Part shown: positions 61,973-64,000 of the stretch, one piece after another
How positions within the stretch are numbered: position 1 is the first letter of the stretch
Layout: the number at the start of each line of letters is the position of its first letter
DNA from: Phyllosticta citribraziliensis
Taxonomy: Eukaryota
Assembly: GCF_038025025.1 (NCBI RefSeq)
Contig: NW_027117344.1
Location: 1,736,001-1,800,000 of the forward strand
DNA: 64,000 nucleotides
Direction of reading: 5' to 3'
Program-made: the position numbers and the translations under genes
Notes under the pieces: generated by a model
Databases searched by the model: none
Told to the model about the DNA's origin: nothing
The model's input: the letters and a program-made list of their open reading frames with translations, nothing else

Positions 61973-64000
61973 ATGAGCGACGGTAGCGACACCGAAACAA
62001 CTGATGGTGGCGACTTTGAGGATCTCGACTCATCGTCCGAGCAAGAAAGCGAGACACAGAGACGTGACCGATGGAAATACCCTCTACAAGCCTTGGTATT
62101 TGCTACCTCTTTTTCATGAAGAATTTTAGAACTGAGCACGTACACTCAGCGAGACCATCCAGATGACGACATCTCCCATTCGAGATCGTCTTCCCGGCAG
62201 AGCGGATCAGAATTTGTCCCATACGAACCCCCGGCTCCTTTCGCATCTCCTTCCACCCCATGGAATGGCTGGGTAGACCCAAAAATTGCGCATTGGGCTG
62301 ATATTCCAGCCCAATCCGCCGTTCTTTCAACGATATCTCAAGACTTGACACAGGGAAAGCAGCACAAGAGAGATCAGGATTTGGGCTCTCTTGCCTCGAA
62401 AATTGGCCGGCTTGCGGTAGGATTGAGCATCTCTTGTCAAAAATTGTGGATCTTACAGTACTACTTTACAGCCAGACACATCAACGAGACGCGTGGAAAT
62501 AACTGCACGACGAAGGGCACAAAACCGGCGTGCCGGAGAGCAGATGCGAGAGCGGCGGACACAACAGGAACATCAAGCGCGACAGGCAGAGCGAGAGCGG
62601 GAACTACAGGAGCGTGTCTCAACGGAACAACTGCCTGTCCCAAAGTCATCGACGTTGCCAGCGACTTACTTTCGTGAGCACCGACTGTCTGGAATGCCAG
62701 AAGCCGTCGATTCCAACCTTCTCATGAGAGAGCAAGCCAAGGCAATGCCCGCATACCCACACATCAACGCTTGGATGACCAAAGATGCCCCTCCAAGGAC
62801 CCTTGATAACGTGAACGAGGAGCCCCTTACTGCCGATGGTTCAACACACGACAAATCTGCCGACAAAATTTGCGAAGGAGATGCCAGAAATATTGACTGG
62901 AGAACCCAAATTTGCTCAACACTAGGAATTGACCAAAGGACTTCGGACGCCGACATCCTGGTTGCTCTCCAACAGGACCGCCAAATGAGGCCAAATCGCT
63001 CACCACTTGGACCTCAATTCAAGATACTCCACGAGGTCAATTGCAAGAACGACAAGAGCCGCTTGGTGTATGAGGACCTGCCTTATGTCGCGAATCCCGA
63101 AAGCCGTAAAAACCACCTACGCGGCCGGAAAATGATGTCCAACTATGACCTCTTCGTCGAGCGTCATCCTGGACTTTCATTCATCGTCTACAGGCAATTC
63201 GATTGCTGCCAGAAAGGCGTCGAAAAAAAGCCATGCAGAGAGGCCGAGCCAATTCAGTCAACGGACTCAATATCCCTGATTTCTAAAACCCTCATTTCGG
63301 TACTCAGAAAAGCAGCGAAAGCATCGAAAAGAGGTGAGCTTTACCCTGAATTCAACCACCGGAAAAGAATAGAAGCACCGTATCTATGGTTCTTTCATGA
63401 TTCCAAACACCTCCTGCAATATTTTATTTCGGACGGAGGTGCCAAGTATCGGTCACACCTTCATTGCTTCTTTCAGGAGTATATTTACAAGCACATGGTC
63501 AAGGAGTATGGTGAGGTTAGTTCCATGCTGTCAAATGGAATGATCTCTGAGAAGTACATATCCTACTTATTTGTGAGTACACTCACGGCCTGCGACCCAT
63601 CGAGGAGCTTCCTTGAAATCAGAATCAGGCATTTGATACTTCGGCTGACAGTGAAAAGACTCCTGGATGTGTAATACTGCAGCACGACGAGAAGAAGACA
63701 AACTTACATGATCGAGCCTTTCTTCAGCAGTTTTGGCCATCAAAATTTGTTGTCTCCAAGCTGGATGGAGACAAAGACAGTAGAGAACAGATGGAGCGAA
63801 TTTCATCAGAATTTACAGGTCTTTTCTGGGAATTTGACGGCAAGTTCCGTTGTTATAAACGTCAAATCACCTTCCAGTACGACATGGTTAAAGGGAGAGA
63901 ATTTAGGATACAAAGCCTGCCAATATTTCCGCTGTGCTTTGCAGACGAGAAAGACCTTCCAAGGTTGGAGGCCAGGGGCCGGAGCCTTTGGGAGTGCCGA
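61973..64000 (+). CDS. Fungal AAA+ ATPase family protein (DUF7025-like N-terminal region), partial; ATPase domain expected beyond the window
   Basis: Acidic start MSDGSDTETT. PQFKILHEVNC...YEDLPY...HLRG...LSFIVYRQFDC...IEAPYLWFFH...EYGEVSSMLSNGMISEKYISYLF; after an intron at ~63573, TPGCVIL...FWEFDGKF...IQSLPIFPLCFA...LEARGRSLWECR. Walker motifs are not visible in the window. Confidence 0.65.

Noticed and set aside
1..64000. CRISPR arrays, intact transposons or a secondary-metabolite cluster
   Set aside because: No spaced direct repeats, LTR/TIR pairs, or PKS/NRPS/terpene synthase motifs were seen.

Overview
Gene-dense, intron-containing eukaryotic DNA from a filamentous ascomycete (Pezizomycotina; short GT-AG introns with CTRAC branch points; a plant-associated Dothideomycete is a guess, not shown). 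I can support about 20 protein-coding genes and one tRNA-Lys(TTT). Most are housekeeping: MTC5/SEA3 (partial), UBC13, RPL24, Rab escort protein, Prx5-type peroxiredoxin, a GT8 glycosyltransferase, DUF1348, dynein roadblock light chain, IPI1, an AhpC/TSA-like protein, NEW1/Elf1, DBF2, FUM1 and an MFS transporter. The C2H2 regulator mtfA sits behind a ~12 kb stretch with no recognisable gene. The most interesting items are: (1) an apparently secreted GH31 enzyme carrying the full YihQ-type sulfoquinovosidase signature, with a CYS-3/MetR-type palindrome upstream, suggesting fungal use of plant sulfolipid; (2) a head-to-head pair of a degenerate NACHT-like protein and a fungal AAA+-family gene next to a membrane RING protein; (3) a two-exon small secreted Cys-rich effector candidate; (4) an orphan gene with a 13-Cys cluster; (5) a possible non-coding snoRNA-host locus; (6) a GC-AG intron. 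All family assignments come from motif recognition by eye; no searches were run.
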